Shown here piece by piece: positions 1-10,705 of a stretch of 64,000 nucleotides of DNA. The notes beneath the pieces are model-generated. The model did no database searches. It was not told the DNA's origin and saw nothing but the letters and a program-made list of their open reading frames with translations. Made by a program: the position numbers and the translations under genes. Source of the DNA: Epithemia pelagica (lineage: Eukaryota; Protista; Bacillariophyta); the NCBI GenBank assembly GCA_946965045.2, contig OX337229.1, positions 3,100,001-3,164,000 of the forward strand. The letters are read 5' to 3'. Within the stretch, counting starts at the first letter, position 1; each line of letters starts with the position of its first letter.

Positions 1-388
1 TTTCGTGCGATGACGTCTTGGTTCATAACTCTTACAGTGAGATAGTAGATTGCTGAAATTATGATAGTGATAATAATGACTCCTCATATTGATTACTCCG
101 CCCATGCTCCGCGTGCCCGATAACTTACCCCCTAACGCCGCTACCCGTCCGGGGTAGTCGAATGCACCCTCTCTCATTCACGACCAGGACTCACCCTTCC
201 GCAAGGCGTATCCCCCCAGCGGGGGTGATTTATGAAGATAAGATTCGATTCTGGTGTGCAAACTTTGCACCGCGAGATTACGACACATGTGCGACCCGAC
301 TATTCAACCCTGCTTGGAGGTACCGCTAGGGGGTATTCGTGTAAATCTGGGCCACGACCATCGGCAGAAGCAATCAAACCATGTGACG

Positions 389-2098
389 ATGATGGCTCTC
401 TCGAACGTTTTGAAAATCATCGAAAGTGTCGACAGAGACGTTGAAGATGAAAACAACTGGAATGATTTATCGCCAGAGCATCAAGAGGCGATCAAAAACT
501 ACCAGCATGTCGATGGACGTGAGAGCACCTTGTTTAGTTTGGAGCATTTCGACAAAAGGAAATTGTTGAACCTTTTAAGCCCAGATGAGAAAGACGCAAT
601 GAGGGAAACTAATCCCGACCAAAAGACTTTTAGCTTGCCCCTCACGATTGCTGCTCAGAAATTAGAAATCTGCTGCTTGCAAATTGAAAACAACTTACAG
701 GCTCATATCGACGATGCTACAAGGGCCAACAACGACCCGCGTACACTGGAAATCCTTCAATTCTACGGAAAATTCTTTGATCGAAAATTTCAAAGGCCAC
801 CACGCCAATCGGAAGGAGTAGTCAGTGACACCAACGATTGCAGCGTATGCACCGTTTGCGACACTCTCAAAGCGGAACAAATTCACTTCAACATGTTTGC
901 TGATGAGAGTCAAATTCAATTCCAAAGATTCAAGAGTTTCGAGATGGGTGGAGACAGGGATTCTTTTCGAGGCCATGAAGAAGGAGAAACGGACGCACAA
1001 CACCTTGATCGTATCATGGCCCGTTTCGGTTTTGAAGATAATCTGCGGGCCAGCCTGTCTCCGTTCCTCGAAGATGCGCTGGAGAACCTCATTTGTGCAA
1101 GATGCTTCTTGTCATCGCGCCCACCTCCGACACTTGAACCGCTGACGCAACTTGTTTTCTCCGCCTTTCTGGAAAACCTCATTCGGAAGATGGAAAGAGC
1201 ATTTACCGGAACAAAAGCAAACGTAGTCCTCGTCAATGGGATGGACTCTGTCAATCGGGAGGTGGAAGTTTGTCGAAACTACATGGAGATGAATGCCAAG
1301 AGAAGAAGGGTGGCACCGAGAGGAACAAGCAAGAAAACAACCTTAAAAATCCAGTCAGATTTTGCTATCATCGAAGGACGCCCGAACGACACTCGGTATG
1401 CGGCAGAGAATAGCGACGTTGGAATACACCAAAAGCAAATTTTCCTGCATTGCAAAGTAAACGTGGAAATGAAACAATGGAATCTTTTATATGGGAGGAA
1501 GAACAGATCCCCATTGACACAAGTTGCGGCCGAATCAATGGTGCGCTACCAGGAACTACGACAAAACAGCCCCAAAACTCTGCCAGAAACACTGTTTTCG
1601 CTTTTGACGGATTGCTCGACGCTCTATTGTGTTCTTCACCATGTCGAGAATAAAGAATATTGGATATCGCGCTCGGTTAGTTCCCCTAAAGTTGTTCTTG
1701 TTGGCATATGTTGGCTGTTTCTCTCTTCGATTGGAAAAATGCACACCAACGTGCGTGATTGGGAGATACACGATAAGGATCTTGCTGGAAGAGTTAAATC
1801 TGAGAGCGAAAACAAATCGTGCTCAATTTTGGACAGTGTTGATGAGGAAGGGAAAGAGGAACATGCTAAGGACCAAGACGCTGACGGGACAGAGAACGCT
1901 ACATTCCCCCAAGACACGAATGTAGAGCCTGGTACATCTATGTCCGTTTTCAGATTTCGGGACGACGAGGAAGAGGAAGAAAGGCTGAACTGGCACACGT
2001 TCTTCTTGATGGACAATCACCGCAAGTATGGAGCGCCCTTGCCCCTAACGGAAGCGATACTTTCTCTTCACAACCGACTGTTGGACCAAGACGCGTAG
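389..2098 (+). CDS. Hypothetical protein with probable C-terminal PD-(D/E)xK restriction-endonuclease-like domain (Crinkler/RHS REase style)
   Basis: Long ORF 254-2098 (in-frame ATGs at 287 and 389; start uncertain). Motif order SDFAII ... VEMK ... LTQVAAE ... LLTD fits the D...ExK...QxxxE REase pattern; acidic C-terminal tail. Confidence 0.5.
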   Translation: MMALSNVLKIIESVDRDVEDENNWNDLSPEHQEAIKNYQHVDGRESTLFSLEHFDKRKLLNLLSPDEKDAMRETNPDQKTFSLPLTIAAQKLEICCLQIENNLQAHIDDATRANNDPRTLEILQFYGKFFDRKFQRPPRQSEGVVSDTNDCSVCTVCDTLKAEQIHFNMFADESQIQFQRFKSFEMGGDRDSFRGHEEGETDAQHLDRIMARFGFEDNLRASLSPFLEDALENLICARCFLSSRPPPTLEPLTQLVFSAFLENLIRKMERAFTGTKANVVLVNGMDSVNREVEVCRNYMEMNAKRRRVAPRGTSKKTTLKIQSDFAIIEGRPNDTRYAAENSDVGIHQKQIFLHCKVNVEMKQWNLLYGRKNRSPLTQVAAESMVRYQELRQNSPKTLPETLFSLLTDCSTLYCVLHHVENKEYWISRSVSSPKVVLVGICWLFLSSIGKMHTNVRDWEIHDKDLAGRVKSESENKSCSILDSVDEEGKEEHAKDQDADGTENATFPQDTNVEPGTSMSVFRFRDDEEEEERLNWHTFFLMDNHRKYGAPLPLTEAILSLHNRLLDQDA

Positions 2099-2640
2099 CA
2101 ACCTTTTAGAAAAGGACTCCTTTGCTTGTGCCCATCGCCCCACACCCACAGACAACCGAACGGTTCACTTCTTGTCGTCGTCGTGAAAGTCTGGCGATCT
2201 TTTTTGGAGGTGGAGCATTTGAGAGCATTGTGAACCCCTGTGATGAGAGTTATATTTGACCCACTCCCATCCCTATTGTCAATGACAGAACAATACCTAC
2301 AGGCGCGCCCTTACCATAGTGTCTACTACTTTGAATGAAGCGCGCAATTCCATTCACCAGTGACCCGCGGCTCCCTTCAAAACCCAAGCTCTATTCGTTT
2401 AACGTTTTTCACGACATCACGACATTAAGGGTTACTTATTGAATCATTCTATCTCACGGACAAGGAGAGATGAAAGGCTCGTCGTGGTTGACAAGAAACG
2501 ATTGAACAGGAATCTGAGCTTGACCAAAAACATTGATCGAAAAATCGAGGGAGACAATATGTTGTTGTTCGTTGAAAGTTATGTTTCACTTGTAAATCGC
2601 TGCTCATATTACGGTCAGATGAAGCCACAACATCACACGT

Positions 2641-4365
2641 TCATGTCTTCAACAATAAATCTTCCATCTCTGAACCCAGAGGTATTGGGTCAGTGCTATT
2701 TGTTTCACTCATTTGATGGTACAGGAGACGATTTTCGGAGAGCACCGTTAAATCGTACCGATAAGTCACCATGATACCCAAGGACTTTGTCCATCCCGTC
2801 CGTGATAGGTCGGCTTTCCAATGAATCCGATCGAGAATTGCACCATTTGCAATGTGGAATCGCGCCACACGATCCAAAGGCTTTCGTCGGTGCTTCTCGC
2901 GAGCCAAAAACTGTGCCGCACATGCCATGAGCCACGGCCGGAGCGCTTCCAAAAGAGGCTCATTGTCCATCGTACGGTTGTCTTTGATTGTTGTCAGGCG
3001 ATTCAGTGAAGCATCCAGAATCTCGAACGTGCTATCACTCGATTCACTTTCTCCAATTATTTCTCTCACAGTCGCAATAACAGTATCAGAAGGTACTGGC
3101 AGACTTTGTTCCGAATCACTGGATCGTTTCATTTTCTCTCCCAGCCAAGTGCAAAATCCAGGGACCGGCGACAGAGTACAAAAAGTGAGTATCGATGGAA
3201 CAGTTCCTTGTAAATACTCGACAGCCGAGTGTATAAGGTGCTCGGCCAGACCCATTCCAGACAATCCTGATCGAAGACTGGAAATGGAGTAGAAGGTTGC
3301 GACCGTGGGGTGTGCTGCAAAGTTATCGCGATCGATAGAGTGAATCTGTTCCATCGAAGAAGGTACCTCTTCCTTCAACGCCACATACAAGACAAAGAGT
3401 GGTTCTCCAGGGATACATGGATGAAACAGTGCAAACACGCGTCGGCCTGGACCCAAACGTTTTCGTAGATCGTCCAGGCTAGTGACGGCGTGAACCTTTT
3501 CATTCCGTACCATTCGTTCCACGATACTGGCACTCGTCTCTTCATACGTCAATCTGCGGAATTCTATCAATCCTGGCACTATCCATGACGAAAGAAGCTG
3601 CTGCAAGAAGCTATCCATTCGCTTTAGCTGGTTGAGCAGCTTGGCTTGCCGATCGTCCGTGGAGGCCAAACAAGGAATCCAACGCAAAAGGTCCTCACGA
3701 ATCTCCAACAAACTCTGCATACCTTCAATCGCGTTTTCCTGTAAAAGTAAACGAAATAAATGGTCATAGATAGGAGTACAGCTCTCCTGGATCCTGTCAT
3801 ATGCAGTGAGGGGAACAGCATCGTAGGAGCTCCAATGGTTTGCCGCTTTTTCCAAGAGCTGTACAGCCGAAATGACCTTTGACGGATCCATGCTACACTC
3901 TGAGGCAATGTATCTTAAAACTTGTGTCCTCTGACAAGAACCGGGGGAGTTCAGTTGAATTGAATCAAGAGCGCGGTAGGATCGACCAAATCGACCAACC
4001 ATAGATCGAAGTCGGACCGATGGGGCATGCACTTTGACTGGTTGCGACACGACGGAAAGATTGGGGGCAATTCGGTCCTTTTGCTCCAGTGTGAAACCAA
4101 TGTCCCGAAGTAAATCCATGACCGTAAGCTTCATGTCGTCTTTGCTGTCATCATACACAGAGGAAAAGTTTCGAAACAACATTCCTTTTTGGTACGCTGC
4201 CAAGTTGACAAGATGGGGCGACGATGGAGCATGTACACATCTCAAGCCTGTGGTGATACCGATGGCATTTCGTCGGAAGAAGCATGATCCGGCAAACCGC
4301 GCAACTCCTCCAAGGGAAACCTCAACAAGCTTCATTAAACTTAGTCTGCTGATGTTGTGTTTCAT
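2641..4365 (-). CDS. MLYCD: Malonyl-CoA decarboxylase
   Basis: 574-aa ORF with EKVHAV...DLRKRLGPGRRVFALFHP, ATFYSISS, TLSPVPGF, VARFHIANGA and GIMVTYRY motifs; N-terminus resembles an organellar transit peptide. Confidence 0.9.
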   Translation of the reverse strand: MKHNISRLSLMKLVEVSLGGVARFAGSCFFRRNAIGITTGLRCVHAPSSPHLVNLAAYQKGMLFRNFSSVYDDSKDDMKLTVMDLLRDIGFTLEQKDRIAPNLSVVSQPVKVHAPSVRLRSMVGRFGRSYRALDSIQLNSPGSCQRTQVLRYIASECSMDPSKVISAVQLLEKAANHWSSYDAVPLTAYDRIQESCTPIYDHLFRLLLQENAIEGMQSLLEIREDLLRWIPCLASTDDRQAKLLNQLKRMDSFLQQLLSSWIVPGLIEFRRLTYEETSASIVERMVRNEKVHAVTSLDDLRKRLGPGRRVFALFHPCIPGEPLFVLYVALKEEVPSSMEQIHSIDRDNFAAHPTVATFYSISSLRSGLSGMGLAEHLIHSAVEYLQGTVPSILTFCTLSPVPGFCTWLGEKMKRSSDSEQSLPVPSDTVIATVREIIGESESSDSTFEILDASLNRLTTIKDNRTMDNEPLLEALRPWLMACAAQFLAREKHRRKPLDRVARFHIANGAILDRIHWKADLSRTGWTKSLGIMVTYRYDLTVLSENRLLYHQMSETNSTDPIPLGSEMEDLLLKT

Positions 4366-4659
4366 TGTCAGTCAATGGTTTGTGTCATCGTCTTACCCTC
4401 ATGTTCAAGAGAGAGGGCGAGTTGTTGTGATGTAGCGCAGAATCGAGAAAGATACCAAAGGGCGTCTGTCTGACGTACGCAATGATGTATCATCCCAAAA
4501 GTTTATAGGACAGCACGTCCACCGTGTAGAACTACCTAGTACATAAGCCACGTATGTAGGGTGTAGTACTAGGTATAAGTAGAAAAGAAAAGAAGGAATC
4601 TTAGTCTTATTCCCGTAATGTGGAGAGGGCAGAAACGAGAGGTTGTGCCGCTCTTGCCT

Positions 4660-4684
4660 CTTGTGACTTGTGACTTGTGACTTG
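4660..4684. repeat. 7-bp tandem repeat (CTTGTGA)x3.5
   Basis: cttgtga at 4660, 4667 and 4674 plus cttg; about 300 bp upstream of the minus-strand MCD gene. Confidence 0.9.
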
Positions 4685-6013
4685 GCATGAAGAATGAAGA
4701 ATAAAAAATGAAGACCTCGTCTCCTCGAGACAAGGGTGCTTCCCTGGTCTTCGTCATCTCATTATTAGGGACGACACCGGGGCTCTGAGTGTCCAACTGT
4801 GTTTGTCGTCTAGGCGAGAGCAGTAGTACTGTCAACAGTGGCAGCAGGCATCATAGGTTATCATTGGTTTTGTTTTGTTGTCTTGTCTGGTCGTCTTCTG
4901 TAGTTGTGTTGTTGCTCCACTTTGGCATCAATCAATTGTTGGATTGTTGCGTTTGCACAAGGAGTTGTTGATTGTTGCATTGGTTCTCTGGAGTGTTTCC
5001 GGCTCATCCATGTAGTTGATTGTTGTTGTCGTCTTCATCAGGTTGTTGTTTTGGCTCTGGTGGGAAAGCTGGGGAAACAAGCCTGAAGAGCCAAGGGCAC
5101 ATAGCATCTCTTTTTCTCAATGCTGCTGCAGTTGATTGTTGTTTTGGACATTGTCTTGTACGTTCGGTGGAGTTGATTGTTGCGCTCGTTGTCATTGTCG
5201 CTGCCATTGTCTCGTATGGGGAGTTGATGTTTCTGCTTAAAGAAAAAGCTTCCATCGACCAACATCCATCATGGTGGTCCATTGGGATCCATTCGATTGT
5301 CTTGGTGGTTCCTTCTCTGCGGTTGTTGCAATTGGTGGTTGGGTCAGAACATTCCAGTTGATTGCCGCATGTCATTGTCGTGGCTCCATGAATCGTTATG
5401 CCAGCTGTAACCATGCCCTCTCTCTTCCACTTGATGGCCAGCATCTTGTCCTCATTGAACTCTCCTCTGCACTAGCATCTTGATGTAAGCGAAGGCTTTT
5501 CCAAAAGCACCTGTGGGTCCTTGTCGTTGCGGTTTCTCGTCCTATGACAAGTACTCCCTCATGGGTATGTCCAGTGAAGCGTGATGCGAGGGTTTGTGAA
5601 ATTCCCTTCTGCTACATACAGCGCTATCGTGACCCGGACAAGTGTCCAACAAACCATTGAGTAAAACTGGTCACTTCTTGTGCTCGTAGGCTATGGTACA
5701 GCGATCCTGTGCTGTGGCGCTAGGTTAGGTACTGATCATCAATATTTCTAGGACTTCTGTCCGGTAATTTTTTCCGATATCCTTAAGTTTGTCCTATAAA
5801 TTAGGGCTAATGGAAGACTTTCCTCTATGCTCTCTACCCATCATGGGAGTAGGAGTAGCCTCTAGAAGCAAGTTCTATGATGACTCCAAAGTCGACAACT
5901 CGACTATTGAATGTTCTTTCCTCTTTGTACTCATACAAGTTGCCGGGAAAGAGGACAGTATCTGTTGTTACTAAGTCGACCTAGAAGTGGTACGAATCTC
6001 GGAGGCTGCTCCT

Positions 6014-6814
6014 CTAAAAGCGCGTTTCGCGACGCTGAACAACAAAGACTCCAAATATCCGACCTTGATACTTTGGATCCAGCAAATGATCCACTAAACG
6101 CTGGTAGACGAAACCTTTGTTACGCAAACGATCAAAAAATTCGGGTGTTGTATCGCTCATGGTGCATCCCAACAAAATCACGGTGGGGGGCTTGCGCCAG
6201 TCCTTTTCGGTAAACCGCAAAAGGGAGCAAATCAAAGGGTCGTACAAGTCTTGATGGTACGCAACATCTGATCCCACGATAACATCCAAATCGCAATTTT
6301 CCCCTTTCGAGATACAGTCGACCATTGTGAGTGGCCCAGAGTCAACAGCCTCATTGTTGTTGACTTCGACGTCCGCGAACTCGCCCCAGTTATGTTCAAG
6401 AATAAGAACATTTGGGCTGGGAGTATTCTTCGTCTCCCGAGAAGTAGTGTCGTTCGTCGACAAGTGCGGGTTCGCCTCCATTGTTCTCTGAATCAAAGGA
6501 AGGTGCTCTGTTGTGTCCGTTATCACAAGATTTCTAATCTTGTCTTTCCCCAATGCCAGCCAACATGCTGCCAAGAGGCCATTTCCACTCCCTAGTTCCA
6601 ACATGTTCAAGGGACGACATTGCTTCTGACGGTACAATCGTTCTAATTGTTGTGATGCATGTGATGAATTCAAGTATTGAGCCAGAGCTAACCCCGTCGA
6701 CCACAACCCTCCTCCAATGCCCGTTGCCCAATCTTCCTGGAAATAGATGGGAGTGTCTCGTATTCTCAGAAATTCGGGAGGTCCCTCCGTATTATTGTCA
6801 CCATCGTTCACCAT
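6014..6814 (-). CDS. Class I SAM-dependent protein-lysine methyltransferase (METTL21/Methyltransf_16 family)
   Basis: GIGGGLWSTGLALAQYL, MLELGSGNG (motif I) and VIVGSDVAY motifs; first ATG at 6814 (the ORF track starts at a TTG, 6850). Confidence 0.85.
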   Translation of the reverse strand: MVNDGDNNTEGPPEFLRIRDTPIYFQEDWATGIGGGLWSTGLALAQYLNSSHASQQLERLYRQKQCRPLNMLELGSGNGLLAACWLALGKDKIRNLVITDTTEHLPLIQRTMEANPHLSTNDTTSRETKNTPSPNVLILEHNWGEFADVEVNNNEAVDSGPLTMVDCISKGENCDLDVIVGSDVAYHQDLYDPLICSLLRFTEKDWRKPPTVILLGCTMSDTTPEFFDRLRNKGFVYQRLVDHLLDPKYQGRIFGVFVVQRRETRF

Positions 6815-6973
6815 CTCAGAATGATGTTGGAGGAGATGGATGATGGACAAAGATCATAGTGTATCTTAGAATAACGCTCTGAAACGGTTACCGTTATACT
6901 CAAAATTTGAAAATCAGCTTTTTCTCACCACAAAATTGCTTGTCCATTTTCTTTGTTTGCTGTTTGTATCACG

Positions 6974-7435
6974 ATGAGCGACGACGAAGATCCTATCGGC
7001 AAAGATGGCGGTTTCGATAATTCTGGAGGTGTCTTTGGGGACGACAACGATATGGGAGGAGATGATGAAGTCCAGGAACACGACGATGATGCAGAGGATG
7101 GAGATGACGAGGACGACGCCTTGGATGTGACGGGAGATCGAGACGACAATTTAGTAGTGGGAATTGGGGATCCATCGCAGTCCAGCGGACGAGCGGCGAC
7201 GGAACGTATAACGACACGGTACTTGACGAAGTACGAAAAAGCTCGAGTGTTGGGAACTCGTGCCTTGCAAATTTCCATGAATGCACCGGTGATGGTGGAC
7301 TTGGACGGGGAAACAGATCCACTACGAATTGCAGAGAAAGAACTCCGTGAAAAGAAAATTCCAATCATTATTCGAAGATACCTTCCAGATGGATCTCATG
7401 AAGATTGGAAAATTGATGAGTTGTTGATAGATTAG
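6974..7435 (+). CDS. RPB6: RNA polymerase I/II/III shared subunit RPABC2
   Basis: Acidic N-terminus followed by the highly conserved [28 protein letters not shown]...[23 protein letters not shown]. Confidence 0.97.
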   Translation: MSDDEDPIGKDGGFDNSGGVFGDDNDMGGDDEVQEHDDDAEDGDDEDDALDVTGDRDDNLVVGIGDPSQSSGRAATERITTRYLTKYEKARVLGTRALQISMNAPVMVDLDGETDPLRIAEKELREKKIPIIIRRYLPDGSHEDWKIDELLID

Positions 7436-7883
7436 ACACATGTTTATGGATAGAGCATGCGCTTGAGTCTCAACTTGCGTGTTGTTTCGAACTCTACAAT
7501 GTACAAGGGTTTTCATTGTTGCAAGTTTGCTTCATTGTGAGTTGAAGGATGGCAAGGATGGGAGAATTGGATAAGATCAAACGAATGCATATGTTAATTA
7601 TCTGTTGTACTACCAGCGAAGATACATCCTGATACACCAAAGAGACAATAATTGTTGTTCGACTTCCTGAACCGCAATTACGATACCTTGTCCCTTGCCT
7701 TTTCTGAAAGTTATTCACCCTGGTCCCAAAGAGTTCCTGTACACAACGTCAATACAATACAAAGTGGATGAGATCTTCCGTCAGAGAAATACGGGAATCC
7801 TTCCCTTGGATGGTGAAGAGAGTTGAAGGCATCCAATCAGCAACGCGTGATCTACTTTAGAAATGTTGGTCAGCGGTGCATCG

Positions 7884-8414
7884 TTATTCTTTGCTTCTAA
7901 TCCTTTCGTTCAATGAAGAAGCAACATCATTGACGAGACTGGCCAACTCTTGCTGGCTTTTTCTTTCTTCAGATCGGTCCCGGCTCTTGTCTCGGAGCAT
8001 ACTGCTTTGATTCCCTGAGGTTTCAACATTTCTCGACTTGACCAATCGTGCTCGCGTTTCGGAGCAAGAGCAATTTCGCAAGTATTGTTGAAGGTTTCGC
8101 TCGTATCGATCGCGCAGTACTTTTGCCTGATCATCAAACACACTCTTCCTCGAGGGATCGAGATTTTTCCATCTCGCGGCGATCGTCCGTGCTAGGTCTT
8201 GAAAGCTTATCTTACCATGTGATTTCCGATGAGGACGCCTGGGCTTGAATTCATTCTCAATGGCCACCGCTTCGATGTCTTCGGGTGTGACTGGGATCTT
8301 TGTGCTGTCGCTGCCCTTGAGAATGTGCTTTCTCTCGAGGAGAAAGAAAAGGTTATAGGAGCTAAGTGGGCGTTTTGGTTCACTGGCGGTTTCCTTTCTG
8401 GCATTCCGGCTCAT
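7884..8414 (-). CDS. HMG-box DNA-binding protein (diatom-type, with insertion)
   Basis: PKRPLSSYNLFF ... HGKISFQDLARTIAARWKNL ... F ... A ... RY, the HMG-box consensus. Confidence 0.88.
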   Translation of the reverse strand: MSRNARKETASEPKRPLSSYNLFFLLERKHILKGSDSTKIPVTPEDIEAVAIENEFKPRRPHRKSHGKISFQDLARTIAARWKNLDPSRKSVFDDQAKVLRDRYERNLQQYLRNCSCSETRARLVKSRNVETSGNQSSMLRDKSRDRSEERKSQQELASLVNDVASSLNERIRSKE

Positions 8415-8724
8415 GGCGTGGTTTGTGGTTTCGGTCTGTGAGTTTAGTAATCCTTGATCGCAGCTCGATAGGCGTTAGGAAAACAATCAACGACTTACTC
8501 CTAGAGGCATCTATTGTTGGCGATTTTCAAAAGGTTTCGTTCAACATGGCAGAACCTCGTCTCCTTTCAAGTACAGTGTCGTATCTACAATCAACGATGG
8601 ATACACTGCTCCGAGTAGTATACTACTACTTTGTCTCCGTTCATTGATAATGTTGCGCAGCGACTCCCCTCTAAATCTGGATTGCGAAGAGGCTAAGCCC
8701 TTGCGAAGTGTCGCCGGTCGCCGA

Positions 8725-8745
8725 GGGCTTGGGGTTGGGCTTGGG
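8725..8745 (+). other. Canonical G-quadruplex-forming motif
   Basis: GGGcttGGGGttGGGcttGGG: four G3+ tracts with 2-3 nt loops, in the intergenic region upstream of the HMG-box gene. Confidence 0.6.
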
Positions 8746-9126
8746 TGTCTCGTTGTGAGTAGCTTTGGTAGCTATCAGAACTACCTCTAGCTTACTCTTC
8801 TAAGGAAGTACGCTTCATGCTGCTCCAATTGGACACCCATTATTTGCAAAAAGTATTCCCTTTTCGACCAGCGACGGATACGGGATACCCGTATTGTCGG
8901 GTCAATACTTATCGTGAAAAGTCAGGTTTAATCGACATGTTTTCGTCCATGAGTACAAGTACAAAGAAGACCCATCTACATCTAGTACCTAGTATCGCGT
9001 CACCTCCGATCCGCCATTTCAACCAGTGCGCGGAGGGACTTTGTAGAGCGTTCCTTTGTTAACAATTTCGACATTTCTCCGCCAAAGGCGAGCGATGGGC
9101 ATCACCGTTTTCCTCTAATAATAAGG

Positions 9127-10705
9127 ATTACAGGAATCCTCCATTCTGAAATGCGATTGCTCATCCGTCATGGTTCGCTATCCTTCTGTGTTTCTTGGAC
9201 GGTTGCTGTCAAGACTTGGTTCCCCCACCAGGGTGTCCGTGCTCTGGCACGAATGCCTCCAAATAAAATGGCACGCGCTTGCAATCCAATCGGTTCCAAG
9301 GGGACTTTCGCCATCGCCAGAGCTTGGTCCATCAAATCCTCTTGATCTTCGTCAGCACTCAGCCGGTCCAAGGTCAGTCCAGCCATGGGTTCGTACAAAG
9401 AGTCGCGAATAATGGGACATCCCAGTGCAGCCAATTGAGCTCGAACTTGATGCTTCCAACCAGTAACCAGACGAACAGTGGATTGGTAGTGCACTTGGGA
9501 CGGTGTTTGTGGTATGTATCCATGTCCATCGCGTTGTGCATCAATACTTATGGGTTCGCACTTGACAACCTCCAAGATACATCGATGCCAAAATTCGCGT
9601 GCCTTGCGTCGAGACTCGGGTGGCGAAAAGCTAACCAATTGACAGGGCGGACCACCGGATTTGCCTCTGGCTGACTGTGGAGCCCACATCCAATGTAAAT
9701 GCTTGCCCAAGGGAACTGGTTTGGTCGTGACGGCCAAATACACCTTGCGCAGTTTTCGATCTCGCTGCAAGGCAGCAAAAACTTTTTGTCCATTGCGATC
9801 CTTACTCAAAACCACACAACCTCCCACACAGGAATCAACACGATGACACAAAAGCGGCCTAGCAATCAATCTTCCTTGTATATCAGTGAATGGTCCCATG
9901 CGGTCTTGAACACATCCTGGACAACATTCATAGTAGTTGGATGAATCGGGCTGCGTTGGGAGCATGGGCGGTTTATCCACCACAAGAAATGTTGTGTCTT
10001 CATACAGTAAGTTGTCCTCTCTCGTCATCTCCTGGCATGAAGGAAATCGTCGCGGATAAGGATAAACTCGAATGTCTGTTCCGGCTTCAATCCAACTGGG
10101 AGATAAGATACGTCGAAAACGCTGACTTTCTAATTGTTCAATGTATTGCTCCAATTCTCCGTCATCACTTTCCTCGTCCATAGTATCAAAACTTCCATCC
10201 CCACTGCCTTGGTGAATACCTTGTAAGTCTGCATAGAGGGCTCGACTGCTGCTTCCCATATCGTCGTCATCGTCGTACAAGGACAAGAGTTCCTCTTCCG
10301 ACAAGGCATCCATTTTGGCCCAAACGGCTCCAATAGCAATCAAATCATTTGCTTCTTGTAGCGACAGTGTGGCGGTAGCTGTGGCCGTAGTGTTTTGGAG
10401 AAGCTGAACGAGGGCTTCATTCAAGGGTCCAGAATGACGGGTGACACCTTTGACGCAATAGGTGCTTATCCGACGAAAGGCAGGGACTGACGAATTGTTG
10501 GATCCCATGTCCATGACTTCCAGGCCAGGACTTTCATTCACATTGGAGACAGCATTCAATTCCGAACACGAATATGAGGAGGACGATACGGTTCTGGTTC
10601 GTATTCGGATGGGGAACGAACCCAAGAAACAAAAGGAAGAAGCAATCTGTTCATAGCATAATGCCAGTAAGATCCATGATCTCATCTTTACTCTTGCGCC
10701 GTGAT
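9127..10705. repeat. Direct segmental duplication, copy 1 (1,579 bp; partner at 20142-21720)
   Basis: Colinear from attacaggaatcc to ctcttg(c/t)gccgtgat, with no indels and roughly 30 substitutions counted by eye (about 98% identity). Confidence 0.95.
9168..10685 (-). CDS. RluA-family pseudouridine synthase, probably plastid-targeted, duplicate copy (TGRxHQ motif changed to TGWKHQ)
   Basis: LVVDKPPML (motif I), CHRVDS (catalytic Asp), KVYLAV, TGWKHQVRAQLAALGCPIIRDSLY; signal peptide followed by ASSF. Confidence 0.85.
   Translation of the reverse strand: MRSWILLALCYEQIASSFCFLGSFPIRIRTRTVSSSSYSCSELNAVSNVNESPGLEVMDMGSNNSSVPAFRRISTYCVKGVTRHSGPLNEALVQLLQNTTATATATLSLQEANDLIAIGAVWAKMDALSEEELLSLYDDDDDMGSSSRALYADLQGIHQGSGDGSFDTMDEESDDGELEQYIEQLESQRFRRILSPSWIEAGTDIRVYPYPRRFPSCQEMTREDNLLYEDTTFLVVDKPPMLPTQPDSSNYYECCPGCVQDRMGPFTDIQGRLIARPLLCHRVDSCVGGCVVLSKDRNGQKVFAALQRDRKLRKVYLAVTTKPVPLGKHLHWMWAPQSARGKSGGPPCQLVSFSPPESRRKAREFWHRCILEVVKCEPISIDAQRDGHGYIPQTPSQVHYQSTVRLVTGWKHQVRAQLAALGCPIIRDSLYEPMAGLTLDRLSADEDQEDLMDQALAMAKVPLEPIGLQARAILFGGIRARARTPWWGNQVLTATVQETQKDSEP

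Noticed and set aside
4789-5700. Cluster of short ORFs on both strands in TTG-rich sequence
   Set aside because: All frames were translated and none is long or recognisable; it may be a decayed gene or lncRNA, but nothing can be supported.
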